Positions 10,413 through 19,846 of a stretch of DNA of 64,000 bases are shown here, piece after piece. The position numbers were made by a program, and so were the translations under genes. The DNA is from Polyangiales bacterium (GTDB lineage: Bacteria; Myxococcota_A; Polyangia; Polyangiales; Ga0077539): contig JBGARZ010000002.1 in assembly GCA_044229975.1 (NCBI GenBank), positions 928,001 to 992,000 of the forward strand, written 5' to 3'. The first letter of the stretch is position 1. Each line of letters begins with the position of its first letter. The notes below the pieces were generated by a model that worked only from the letters and a program-made list of their open reading frames with translations, ran no database searches and was not told where the DNA came from.

Positions 10413-11171
10413 ATGACCACCGACCGTCCCCTGCTGCTCCTCAGCAACGACGACGGCGTCCACGCCGAGGGGCTCCGCCGTCTCGCCGACGCCGTGAGCG
10501 CCCTCGGTGACGTCATCATCGTCGCGCCCGCCACCGAGCAGTCGACCCGCTCGCACTCGCTCACCCTGCACCGCCCGCTGCGCCTGCAGCCGTTGACCCC
10601 CAACGTGTGGTCCGTCGACGGAACGCCCGCTGACTGCACCTACGTCGCCCTGCACCATCGCTCGATGCTTCCCCGGCGGCCGACGCTGGTGCTCAGCGGC
10701 ATCAACCACGGCCCCAACCTGGGCAGCGACGTCTTCTACTCAGGCACCGTCGCCGCCGCGCGCGAGGCCGCCTTCCGCGGCATCCCCGCGATGGCCCTCT
10801 CCATGCCGTCGAGCGCCGATCCCGCCGTCTGCGCCGCGCTCGCGGTGCCCTTCGTCGCGCGCATGCTCGCGGCGCTGACGCGAACGCCCACCGCCGCGAC
10901 GCCGCTGCTCAACCTCAACTTCCCGCACGGCACGCCGAAGGGTGCGCGCACGACGCGGCTCGGCGTCCGTGCGTACGAAGACCTGGTCGAAGAGCGACAA
11001 GACCCGCGCGGTCGGCAGTACCTCTGGATCGGCGGCCCGAGCGTGCATCACCCGAGCGTCCCGGAGAGCGACACGGGGGCCTTCGACGAGGGCTTCGTGT
11101 CTCTGTCAGCGCTGCGACTCGACATGGACACCAACGGCTTCGCGCCCTTCGTCGACGCCGTCGCGGGCTGA
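10413..11171 (+). CDS. surE: 5'/3'-nucleotidase SurE
   Basis: LLSNDDG, GTPADC, SGINHGPNLG..YSGTVAAA, DPRGRQYLWIGG. Confidence 0.96.
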   Translation: MTTDRPLLLLSNDDGVHAEGLRRLADAVSALGDVIIVAPATEQSTRSHSLTLHRPLRLQPLTPNVWSVDGTPADCTYVALHHRSMLPRRPTLVLSGINHGPNLGSDVFYSGTVAAAREAAFRGIPAMALSMPSSADPAVCAALAVPFVARMLAALTRTPTAATPLLNLNFPHGTPKGARTTRLGVRAYEDLVEERQDPRGRQYLWIGGPSVHHPSVPESDTGAFDEGFVSLSALRLDMDTNGFAPFVDAVAG

Positions 11172-11220
11172 CGCCGAGACCGTTGCGCCGCGGGGCGAAT
11201 CCGGGCTCCCATGCGGGGCC

Positions 11221-11739
11221 ATGGACAACGTCTTCTCGCTGGTGCGCGACGTCCCGGACTTCCCCAAGCCGGGCATCATCTTCAAGGATCTCACGCCGGT
11301 GTTTCGCGACCCGGCGGCCTTCCGCGCGCTCATCGACGCGCTCGCGGCGCCGTACCTCGACGCGGGCGTCGAGGCGGTGCTCGGCATCGAGGCGCGCGGC
11401 TTCATCCTGGGCGCGGCCGTCGCACTGCGACTGGGTGCGGGCTTCGTCCCGGCGCGCAAGCCCGGCAAGCTCCCGGCGGCCACCGACCGCGAGGCGTACT
11501 CGCTCGAATACGGAACCGACGCGCTCGAACTGCACCGCGGCAGCTTCGCGAAGGGTGACCGCGTGCTGGTGGTCGACGACGTCATCGCCACGGGAGGGAC
11601 GGCGCGCGCCGCCCTCGCCCTCGCGCAACGCCAGGAGGCGCTGGTGGTCGGGGCGGTGTTCGCCATCGAGCTCGACTTCCTCCACGGGCGCGACCTGCTA
11701 CCCGCGGGCGTGCCGGTGCACAGCCTCCTGCACATCTGA
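11221..11739 (+). CDS. apt: Adenine phosphoribosyltransferase
   Basis: VPDFPKPGIIFKD, GIEARGF, RKPGKLP, YSLEYG, VVDDVIATGGT. Confidence 0.97.
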   Translation: MDNVFSLVRDVPDFPKPGIIFKDLTPVFRDPAAFRALIDALAAPYLDAGVEAVLGIEARGFILGAAVALRLGAGFVPARKPGKLPAATDREAYSLEYGTDALELHRGSFAKGDRVLVVDDVIATGGTARAALALAQRQEALVVGAVFAIELDFLHGRDLLPAGVPVHSLLHI

Positions 11740-11782
11740 CGGGCGGGTGTGCCGTCGCGCGGGTGTGCGCTAGCATCGCCGC

Positions 11783-12457
11783 GTGCAATGGCTGCTCTTC
11801 GCGCTCCTGGTCGTCGGTAGCTCCCTCGCGTCGTTCGCCTATCGCGAGCGGCGCTACCGCAAGCGCTGGCAGAACGTCGAGCTGCCCGCCGTCACCGTCG
11901 GTCAAGGGGCATACCGCGAGGGCCCCGCGTCGGGCGCCATGATGCCCAGCGCACCGCTCGCCTTGCGGGTCGCCGCGCTGACCTGCCTCGTCTACGGGCG
12001 CGGCGTCACCACGGCGCTCGTGATCACGGGCCTGCTCCTCGCCACCAAGCGGACAACGCAGCTCCAATCCATGGCTGACGCGCCGCTCCCGCTACACGCG
12101 CTGGTCGGGTATCTCGCCGGCGGCTACGGCGTCGGCGCCATCGCCGCGATCGTGCTGGCCGCGATGGTCCTCGGGGCCGGCAACGACCTCCTCGTCCGCA
12201 ACCACCGCCACGCGTATCGCCGCACCCGCAACGTCGCCGTCGCATCGCTCCTGCTGCACGGCTTCGTCTGGGCGAACATCACCTTCCACGGTCACATCGT
12301 CGCGCGCAGCGCCCGCGAAGTCGCGGAGTCCCTCGCCGTCGCCAGGACCTTCGCGCCCTTCGCCTTCGGCCACGCCGCGCTCCTGCTGGGCCTCGCCTTC
12401 GCCTACAAGGCCAAGCTCTCGGCGCTCACCCCCGCCGAGCGCAAGCTGGAGCTGTAG
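11783..12457 (+). CDS. Hypothetical multi-pass membrane protein
   Basis: About 5 hydrophobic segments, and the ORF fills the gap between apt and the convergent ybaK. Confidence 0.7.
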   Translation: MQWLLFALLVVGSSLASFAYRERRYRKRWQNVELPAVTVGQGAYREGPASGAMMPSAPLALRVAALTCLVYGRGVTTALVITGLLLATKRTTQLQSMADAPLPLHALVGYLAGGYGVGAIAAIVLAAMVLGAGNDLLVRNHRHAYRRTRNVAVASLLLHGFVWANITFHGHIVARSAREVAESLAVARTFAPFAFGHAALLLGLAFAYKAKLSALTPAERKLEL

Positions 12458-12458
12458 G

Positions 12459-12944
12459 TCAGCTCTTCTCGATCGCGACGTCGACGAGCGTCGGCTTCAC
12501 CAACGCCACCAGCGCCTTTGGGTCGAGGCCCACGAGAAAGCCGCGGCTGCCGCCGTTGAGGTAGATGCGCGGCAGGTCGAGCACCGTGCGTTCGACGTAC
12601 ACGGGCATCGCGCGGCGCGTGCCGAGCGGGCTCGTCCCGCCCACCTGGTAGCCCGAGTGCCGGTCGGCCACGTCGGGCTTGCACGGCTGAACGCTGCGAG
12701 CGCCCACCACCCGCGCGAGCTCCTTGGTGCTCACCTCGCGATCGCCGTGCATCAGCACCACCAGCGGGCGCTTCTGGTCGTCCTCCATCACCAGCGTCTT
12801 GATGATCGAGTGCTCCTCGACGCCGAGCTCGCGCGCCGAGACGCGCGTTCCACCGCGGTCTTCGTAGCGGTAGAAGTGCTCGGTGTAGGGGACGCCCTGC
12901 TGCTTGAGCAGGCGCGTGGCGTTGGTGCTCGGGGCGCGCTCCAT
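12459..12944 (-). CDS. ybaK: Cys-tRNA(Pro) deacylase YbaK/EbsC
   Basis: TNATRLL, IIKTLV, SGYQVGGTSPLG, NGGSRG. Confidence 0.93.
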   Translation of the reverse strand: MERAPSTNATRLLKQQGVPYTEHFYRYEDRGGTRVSARELGVEEHSIIKTLVMEDDQKRPLVVLMHGDREVSTKELARVVGARSVQPCKPDVADRHSGYQVGGTSPLGTRRAMPVYVERTVLDLPRIYLNGGSRGFLVGLDPKALVALVKPTLVDVAIEKS

Positions 12945-12957
12945 GCCGACGACCGAC

Positions 12958-13944
12958 TCAGCGAGGGAAGAGGGCCACGCGGACGCCCTGGTCGGCTGGA
13001 ACAGGCGCATCGGCGCCGCGGGTGCACTGCATGCGCAGCGGGATGAGGTCCTGATACCAGCTCACGACCACCGACGACGGACCGGCATCGACGGAGACCC
13101 AGCGCACCCCGACCTCGCGGCCGATGGCCACGGCGCCCTTCCACTCCGAATGGTCGCGCGTCACCTGGTACAGCTCGACGCGCGCGTCCTGACAACGGCC
13201 GCGCGAGACCGCCGCCCAGCGACCCGCGGCGTCGTCCGGGTCGAGCCCCAACGCCCGCTCGAAGCCCATGAGATCTTCGCCGCGCGTAACCTCCGTGTCG
13301 CCCAGCAGCGCGACCGGAACCGTCCGTCGCGGCTCCACCCGCAACGCCACGCCGCCCAGCGTGACCGTCGGCGCGGGCTCCTCGACGTTTTCGCGCGAGC
13401 GCCGACCCACCGCCGTCAGCGCCCACTCCGACGCGGCGACCTCCAGCTCGCTCGCCGCGCGCTCATCGCTCGCGAAGCCCGTCGCGGTGACGTCGATGGC
13501 GCGCCAGCTCGCCGCCGAGGCGTCCTCCGCGGGCGTCGGCCACACCACCGTCGCCCCACCTACGCGCGGCACCAGCGCCATCGCGGCGCCCGGCGGAACC
13601 CAACGCACGACGTGCCGCGCCACCACCTCGGCCCCGCCTGCCCCCCAACGAACCCAACGCATCTCCGCCGAGCGCGCGTCCTCGGCCGGCAACGCCATCG
13701 CGCTGCGGGCGGCGCCGTCGAGCCAGAGCGCCGGGCTCACCGCTGCGCCGCGCACATCAGCCGCCGCCCACGGCCCCTGCACCGACACGGGCGGGTGCGG
13801 CGTCGGCACATCGGCCGCAGCCACCCGAGCCACCGCGGGCCCTGCGTCGACCACCGCTTCGTGTGTCGACGGTGCGGGCTCGCGCGTGCGACACGCAACC
13901 AGCGCGACACCGACGCTCACCACCACCGCACCGACGCGCGTCAC
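12958..13944 (-). CDS. Hypothetical lipoprotein
   Basis: Lipobox VALVAC. 4-nt overlap with the upstream formyltransferase gene. Confidence 0.7.
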   Translation of the reverse strand: MTRVGAVVVSVGVALVACRTREPAPSTHEAVVDAGPAVARVAAADVPTPHPPVSVQGPWAAADVRGAAVSPALWLDGAARSAMALPAEDARSAEMRWVRWGAGGAEVVARHVVRWVPPGAAMALVPRVGGATVVWPTPAEDASAASWRAIDVTATGFASDERAASELEVAASEWALTAVGRRSRENVEEPAPTVTLGGVALRVEPRRTVPVALLGDTEVTRGEDLMGFERALGLDPDDAAGRWAAVSRGRCQDARVELYQVTRDHSEWKGAVAIGREVGVRWVSVDAGPSSVVVSWYQDLIPLRMQCTRGADAPVPADQGVRVALFPR

Positions 13945-14849
13945 CGGCCGACCCTCTCCAGGCCGGGCAGCAGCGCGGCCACGTTTTCACCCGTCAGCAT
14001 CGTGTCGCTGTCCTCGCTGCGCGCCCGCGTCAGGATCACCGCCTCGCCGCCGCCACAGGCCACCACGACCCCTTCCGGCAACCAGGCAACGTCGCCGGGT
14101 TCGAGACCCCGCGGGGGGGACGGATAGGGCTCCGCATCGAGCACCACAAGTGTCCCCTCGCCCAGTCCCGTGAAGGCGCCGGGCTCGGGGGCGGCCGCTC
14201 GGATGCGCGCCACCACGCGAGCCGCCGGGTGGTCCCAGATGATCTCGCAGTCGTCGTCGGTGGGGCGCGGCGCCTCGGTGGCGTCGGGCTCGTGCTGCGG
14301 CGTTCCGTCGGACGCGAACATCCCCTGCGCGATGCCCGCCACCACGTCGCGCACGGCCTCCAGGGAGGGGCGGTCGAGGGCGCGCGCGAGGTGCCACGCG
14401 TTGACCTTCGGCGGCACCGCGACCCTGCGCTGCAAGAGGATCGGGCCCTCGTCGTAGGCGTCGGTGATGCGATGCACCGTGACGCCGGTCTCCGCGTCCT
14501 CGCGGTAGAGCGTCCAGAAGTACGGGTCGGGGCCGCGGTGCCGCGGGAGCAGCGACGGGTGCACGTTGATGCCGCCGTGGGGCGCGAGCGCCACCAGCGT
14601 CGCGGGGATGCGCCGCGTCCAGAACCAGCTCACCACCAGGTCGGGATCGGTCGACGCGAGCAGCGACTGCACGCCCGGCTGGGTGAGGTCGGGGCGACCC
14701 AACAACGGCGCACCGGTGGCAGCGAGCGCGCGACGCAGACGCGAGACGCCGGGGGCGTTGGGGCGGGAGATGCACGCGCCGACGATCTGGTGCCCCTCGC
14801 GCAGGAGCATGAGGGCGCCGATCGGCATGCCCAGGTAGAGGATTCTCAT
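13941..14849 (-). CDS. Formyltransferase of the methionyl-tRNA formyltransferase (Fmt/ArnA-N) family
   Basis: INVHPSLLPRHRGPDP, ETGVTVH, DEGPILLQ, C-terminal IRAAAPEPGA. Confidence 0.85.
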   Translation of the reverse strand: MRILYLGMPIGALMLLREGHQIVGACISRPNAPGVSRLRRALAATGAPLLGRPDLTQPGVQSLLASTDPDLVVSWFWTRRIPATLVALAPHGGINVHPSLLPRHRGPDPYFWTLYREDAETGVTVHRITDAYDEGPILLQRRVAVPPKVNAWHLARALDRPSLEAVRDVVAGIAQGMFASDGTPQHEPDATEAPRPTDDDCEIIWDHPAARVVARIRAAAPEPGAFTGLGEGTLVVLDAEPYPSPPRGLEPGDVAWLPEGVVVACGGGEAVILTRARSEDSDTMLTGENVAALLPGLERVGR

Positions 14850-16426
14850 GGTTCGTTTCCGCCGAAGGTGTAGAGCGCCCACGGCACGAGTTCGGCAAAG
14901 GGACAGCGCCCCCCAAGGGGCCGGGCATCGAGGGCGCCGTCGGGCTCAGCCGCGCCGACGTCGGCCATCACCAGCACGGTCGTGCGGCCGGTGAAGCCGC
15001 CCGCGTACGAGCGCATGGCGGCGAGGGCGTTGTGCTCCGCGCGGGTCGCGACCTCGTCGAGCGAAGCGGGTTCGCCGAGGGCCGTCGCGTAGACGGCGAG
15101 GCGCGTCGCCTCGGAGCCGCCGAGCGCCACGCGGGTCGATGACGACAGGGTGGTCGGAGCGTCGGCGAGCGAGCGCGTGACGCCGCCCTCCAGGCGATGA
15201 AAGCCTAGCGGCGACAGCACCTTCGCTTCGAGGCGCGCCATGAGGTCGACGCGCAGCCCCGGCAGCACCCACCACGCGGACGCCCGCGCCCCGTCCGCCT
15301 CCGCGGCGCGACGCAGCCGGTCGGCCCAGCGCGCCGGATCATCGGACTCACCACGCACCGCGCTCCAGCCCGCTCGGAGATCGGCGAGGGCTGCACGCGT
15401 CGCGAGCTGCATACGCGGCGATGGCTCACCGAGCGACGTGGTCTGCGCCAGCACGCTTCGCAGCAGCGGGAGCTGGGCAGGGCCGCCGAGCAGCCGGGTC
15501 ACGAAGGCGTCGCGGGTGGTGGCGGGATGCGTGCGCAGCGAGCGCGCCTCGGGCAGCAACGAGGTGACGCGCACCGAGGCCGTGAGGGTGCCGCGCCAGC
15601 GGGCGATCTCATCCGCGTCGACCGCGATGGCCGACGGGGGGATGGACGGCGTTCGGGGAGCCGCGGGCGAGGGCGCGGGCCACTCCAGCGGCATGGCCTC
15701 GGGAACAAGCGGAGGGTTGAGCGGCGAGGAGAAGACCACCACGGTGTCGTCGTCGACGCGGTCGTCCGACGGGTGCGGCAGGTCGAGCCAGCCGAAGATG
15801 GCACGCACCAGCGAGTCGGGTGCGAACGACCGCCCGGCGAGAGTGGTGACCAGCGACGCCGGGTCGCGCGTCACCGTCGGAGGCGCACCGAGGCTCACGT
15901 GATGGGCGAAGGCGTCGCGCAAAGACGGGGCGAGCGCGGGGGTTCCGGAGGCAGAGGATGCGGCGGCCGAGGCGACGACGGTGAGCGCGCGAGAGGCGCA
16001 GGCCGCGAGGAGCGACGCGACCTCCGGGGTGACCTCGTCGACGCCGGTGCGACCGCGACGATCAACCTGTCGTTGGAGCTCGTCGAGCACGACCACGACG
16101 CCGAAGAAGCGGACCGTGCGGGCGCGGAAGATCCAGCCGCCGAGGTGGCGAAGGAGGCCGCCGCCGCGGTCGTCGTAGAGGCCACCGGGCGCGCGGGCCT
16201 GCGTGAGCGCGCTCTCGATGGCGTCGTGGATGCGACCGATGGCATCAGGCGAGGTCGATGTGCCGGAGGCGACGCGCACCACGAGCGGGCCGTCGGGGAG
16301 CGCCGCGAGCGAACGTGCGACCTCGTCGAGGCACCGAGCTCGTTCGGCGCGGGAGCCGCCTCCGAACAGAAGGGTGGTTCCGCCGTCGGGCAACGGGCGC
16401 AGGGACTCGGTCGAGGGAGGCGTCAC
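14846..16426 (-). CDS. Hypothetical protein with a degenerate P-loop ATPase-like N-terminus and a degenerate PglZ/alkaline-phosphatase-like C-terminus
   Basis: Walker B-like GVVVVLDEL, Walker A position degenerate (LLFGGGSRAER), C-terminal WVLPGLRVDL..LVMADVG..LGGRCPFAELVPW. Coupled to the downstream gene by an ATGA overlap. Confidence 0.6.
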   Translation of the reverse strand: MTPPSTESLRPLPDGGTTLLFGGGSRAERARCLDEVARSLAALPDGPLVVRVASGTSTSPDAIGRIHDAIESALTQARAPGGLYDDRGGGLLRHLGGWIFRARTVRFFGVVVVLDELQRQVDRRGRTGVDEVTPEVASLLAACASRALTVVASAAASSASGTPALAPSLRDAFAHHVSLGAPPTVTRDPASLVTTLAGRSFAPDSLVRAIFGWLDLPHPSDDRVDDDTVVVFSSPLNPPLVPEAMPLEWPAPSPAAPRTPSIPPSAIAVDADEIARWRGTLTASVRVTSLLPEARSLRTHPATTRDAFVTRLLGGPAQLPLLRSVLAQTTSLGEPSPRMQLATRAALADLRAGWSAVRGESDDPARWADRLRRAAEADGARASAWWVLPGLRVDLMARLEAKVLSPLGFHRLEGGVTRSLADAPTTLSSSTRVALGGSEATRLAVYATALGEPASLDEVATRAEHNALAAMRSYAGGFTGRTTVLVMADVGAAEPDGALDARPLGGRCPFAELVPWALYTFGGNEP

Positions 16427-16524
16427 GGGAGAACCGCGGAGGGTAGAGGGCGCGGGCCCACCGTCGCAAGGGCGACGACGAACGTGATTGTCCGCGGAGC
16501 AGTGGCTCCCGTAGCATCGCCGCC

Positions 16525-16941
16525 ATGGCGACGACCCAGCCCCCCACGATGCGAACGATCCGGGTGGTGGCCGCGGTCATCGAGCGCGACGGCCGCTACC
16601 TCATCACCCAGCGACGACCCGCGGCGGTGCTTCCTCTGCTGTGGGAGTTTCCCGGCGGTCGGGTGGAGGAGGGGGAGTCGGACGCCGAGGCCCTCCGACG
16701 AGAGCTGCGCCATCGGCTCGGCGCGGAGATCGAGGTCGGCGCGCTCATCTCCTTCGTGACGCACACCTACGAGACCTACGCGGTCGACCTGCACCTCTAC
16801 GACTGTGAGCTGCGCGTCGAGGCCCTCCACGCCGCGGCCGTCCACGCCTTCGAGTGGGTTCGCTCCGACGAGTTCGAGCGCTACCCCTTCACGCCCGCCG
16901 ACGAGGCCTCCATGGCGCGCCTCCTCGAGGTCGACGACTGA
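16525..16941 (+). CDS. NUDIX hydrolase, MutT/NudG-like
   Basis: Nudix box WEFPGGRVEEGESDAEALRRELRHRLG (partly atypical), VVAAVI..YLITQR, FTPAD. Confidence 0.9.
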   Translation: MATTQPPTMRTIRVVAAVIERDGRYLITQRRPAAVLPLLWEFPGGRVEEGESDAEALRRELRHRLGAEIEVGALISFVTHTYETYAVDLHLYDCELRVEALHAAAVHAFEWVRSDEFERYPFTPADEASMARLLEVDD

Positions 16942-16982
16942 AGCATGCGGCGCCCGACGCTCGTGCCTATGCTCCCCGCACC

Positions 16983-17726
16983 ATGAAGCAATGCACCGTC
17001 TGCGGCGCCCCGATGCCCCCCGGCGAGCTCGTCTGCGGTCACTGCGGGCGCGCCCACTACGCGGCCTCGTGCGAGCGCTGCGGTCAGCCCGCCCCGACGC
17101 TCGTCCGCGGCGGCACCGTCGTCTGCTCGGGCTGCGGCGCGACCCGCGGTCCCCTCTCGGGCGTGCCGCTCAACCTCGTGGGCTCGGCCCATCGCGTGGG
17201 CGGCGTGCTCACGGGCGTGCTCGCGTGGGCGGTGCTGCTCGGCGGCATCGCCGTCGGGGGCATCGTGGGCGCGGTGGTGGCGCTCGTGGCGGCGTTTCTC
17301 AGCGTGTCGGCGTGGGTGGGCTTCGGCACGGGCGTGCTGCTCGGCGGCCTCGCGGCGCTCGCGGCGCTGCTCTTGACGAAGGTCAGCCGCAGCCTGCGGA
17401 CGAAGGGCGATCGGGCCAGGGACGAGGCGTCCGAGCAGGCGATTCTCGCGATGGCGGCGTCGCGCAAGGGCGTGCTGACGACCACCGAGGTGGCGCAAAA
17501 CCTCTCGCTTCCATTGCGCGACGCCGACCGGCTGCTGTCGTCCATGGGCGAGCGGGGCCGGGCGCAGCTCGAAGTCAATGGAGAGGGCCTGCTCCAGTAC
17601 ACCTTCCGCGGGCTCCAGACTTCGGAGCGGACGGGTGTTCGGGTCGACGCCACCACGGCGGCTCGCGAGCGCGTCGACGAGGAGTTCGAGGCGATGTCCG
17701 CGCGGCGACGCGAGGGTCGGCTCTGA
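16983..17726 (+). CDS. Double zinc-ribbon membrane protein with a C-terminal winged-helix-like region
   Basis: Four CxxC pairs (CTVC, CGHC, CERC, CSGC), 2-3 TM helices, GVLTTTEVAQNLSLPLRDADRLL..LEVNGEGLLQYTF. Confidence 0.75.
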   Translation: MKQCTVCGAPMPPGELVCGHCGRAHYAASCERCGQPAPTLVRGGTVVCSGCGATRGPLSGVPLNLVGSAHRVGGVLTGVLAWAVLLGGIAVGGIVGAVVALVAAFLSVSAWVGFGTGVLLGGLAALAALLLTKVSRSLRTKGDRARDEASEQAILAMAASRKGVLTTTEVAQNLSLPLRDADRLLSSMGERGRAQLEVNGEGLLQYTFRGLQTSERTGVRVDATTAARERVDEEFEAMSARRREGRL

Positions 17727-17781
17727 CGGCCATCTCTGCCTGATTCGGGACGGGTGCCCCGACCCGGAGTACCGTCTCGCC

Positions 17782-18630
17782 ATGCGCGCTTGCACGAGCT
17801 TTCTGGCCTTGGCGGGACTCGCGATGGGTTGTGGGGAATCGTCCACGAGGCCGCCGTCGCTTCCGTGTCCTGACGGGGCGATCTGCGCCGGCGGCAACGG
17901 CAACGTCCTGGGCGGCGGCGGGGGGACCACGCCGCTCACCGACGGCGGCACGCGCCCGGACGTTGGTCCGACGACCTTCAACGTCGCGGGGTCGGTGTCG
18001 GTCATCAACGAGCTCCCGCCGACCAGCACCGCCGTGCGACTCGGCGTCGGCGGTTGGACGGTGCGCGCCTCCGACGACCCCGACCCGACGGCGCTCACCC
18101 TCGCGGACGGGACGTTCTTCCTCAGCGCCGTGAGGCCGATCGTCGACGATGCGGGGGTCAACCTCATCGGCGTGCGGGCCATCGCGCCCAACGCCACGAC
18201 CTTCGGGTCCTACCGTCAGGTTCGCGCCGGCGCAGGCAGCGCGACGCTCGACACCTACGGCACCGAGCGCCTGCTCGAAGCCGTCGCAGCCCAAGGGGGC
18301 GCGCCGTCCGCCGACCTCGGCCACGTCGTCGTGCAGATCACCGAGGCGACCGACCCGAGCATCGGTGTTCCCCTGGCGTTGGTGCTCGCGAGCTCGGGCT
18401 CCACGACCTTCTACGACAGCACGCTCACGCCGGGTCAGCTCACGCCCTCCATCGGCACCGGCCCGCGGGGCTTCGCGCTGGTGCTCAACGTCCCCGCCGG
18501 GGACGCCACCAACGGCGGAACGGTCAACCTCAACATCCAGGTTCCGGGCGGCACGCCGACGCCAGCGAGCGTCACCATCCGGGTCTTCCCCAACACCATC
18601 AGCTGGACGACCGTTCGCGTCGTTCGCTGA
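17782..18630 (+). CDS. Hypothetical lipoprotein (beta-sandwich-rich)
   Basis: Lipobox GLAMGC and a Gly/Thr linker. Confidence 0.7.
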   Translation: MRACTSFLALAGLAMGCGESSTRPPSLPCPDGAICAGGNGNVLGGGGGTTPLTDGGTRPDVGPTTFNVAGSVSVINELPPTSTAVRLGVGGWTVRASDDPDPTALTLADGTFFLSAVRPIVDDAGVNLIGVRAIAPNATTFGSYRQVRAGAGSATLDTYGTERLLEAVAAQGGAPSADLGHVVVQITEATDPSIGVPLALVLASSGSTTFYDSTLTPGQLTPSIGTGPRGFALVLNVPAGDATNGGTVNLNIQVPGGTPTPASVTIRVFPNTISWTTVRVVR

Positions 18631-18642
18631 CCGAGACGCCCG

Positions 18643-19749
18643 TCAGCTTCGCTCGGTCGGATCGACGCCGACGCCCCTCGCCGCGTCGAGCAACGCATCG
18701 AGCCTGAGCCGCGAGGGACGCGTCCAGAGCGCGTCGAGCCCGTCGGGCGCAACGCCCCGCGGCGCAACCCGAGCGCGCAGTCCCGACACCCGTCGGGCGG
18801 CCTCGCCCAGTCGACGAGCGAAGGTCTCGTCGACGCGTGATCGTGCCGCGAGCGCAACGCGCGCCCGCTCCTGGGCGTCGGGGTCACTGCACACCAGCAG
18901 CAGGTCGCAGCCCGCGTCGACCGCGAGCACCGCGGACTCCTCGACGGGCCACCGATCGAGCACGGCGCGCATGAGGAGGTCATCGGAGACGACCACCCGG
19001 TCGGGGCCGAGGCCGAGCTCCTCGCGCAGCAGCGTGGTCATCACCCGCCGCGACAGCGTCGCCGGAACGCTCGGGTCGAGCGCGTCGAAGCGGACGTGGG
19101 CGGTCATGATGGCGTCGACGCCCGCAGCGATGGCGGCGGCGAAGGGCACGAGCTCGACGGCACGCAGCCGCGCGAGGTCGTGGGGCAGCACGGGGAGCTC
19201 GTGGTGGCTGTCGGTCGCGGTGTCGCCGTGCCCCGGGAAGTGCTTCGCGCAAGACAGCACGGCGCCCTCGCGGAGCCCCTCGATCGCGGCGACGGCGTGG
19301 CGCGCGACACCCTCGGATGATCGACCGAAGGAGCGATCGCCGATGACCGGGTTGGCCGGGTTGCTGTCGACGTCACAGACGGGGGCGAGGTTGAAGTTCA
19401 CGCCAAGGGCCGAGAGCTCCTCGGCGAGGGCGCGGTGCAGCTCGCGGGTGAAGGCGAGGTCATCGCGGTCGCCGAGCGCGCGAGCGGGGGGTAGTGCGAT
19501 GACGGGCGAACGCAGGCGGGTGACCCGACCGCCCTCCTGGTCGAGCGCGACGAGCGGGGTCAACGGCGATGCGTCGAGCGAGGCCGTGCAGAGTGATCGC
19601 ACCTGGGCGACGTCGACGATGTTGCGGCGGAAGAAGATCACCCCTGCGAGGCGGCCCTCCGAGAGGCGGCGAGCGATGAGAGCGGGGAGCTCGGGGCCGT
19701 CGAAGCCGCCAACGAGGACGGCGCCAGCTGCCAGGTCGTGAAGGTCCAT
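18643..19749 (-). CDS. nagZ: Beta-N-acetylhexosaminidase (GH3)
   Basis: DQEGGRV, APVCDV, KHFPGHGDTATDSH, IMTAH, SDDLLM. Confidence 0.93.
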   Translation of the reverse strand: MDLHDLAAGAVLVGGFDGPELPALIARRLSEGRLAGVIFFRRNIVDVAQVRSLCTASLDASPLTPLVALDQEGGRVTRLRSPVIALPPARALGDRDDLAFTRELHRALAEELSALGVNFNLAPVCDVDSNPANPVIGDRSFGRSSEGVARHAVAAIEGLREGAVLSCAKHFPGHGDTATDSHHELPVLPHDLARLRAVELVPFAAAIAAGVDAIMTAHVRFDALDPSVPATLSRRVMTTLLREELGLGPDRVVVSDDLLMRAVLDRWPVEESAVLAVDAGCDLLLVCSDPDAQERARVALAARSRVDETFARRLGEAARRVSGLRARVAPRGVAPDGLDALWTRPSRLRLDALLDAARGVGVDPTERS

Positions 19750-19846
19750 GACGCCCATCGAAACACGGTTGGCGGGCGTTGGCGCGGTCACCTTTGACGG
19801 GAGACTCGTTGCCTCGGCGGGGATTCGTTCTCTATACTCGGAAGCG

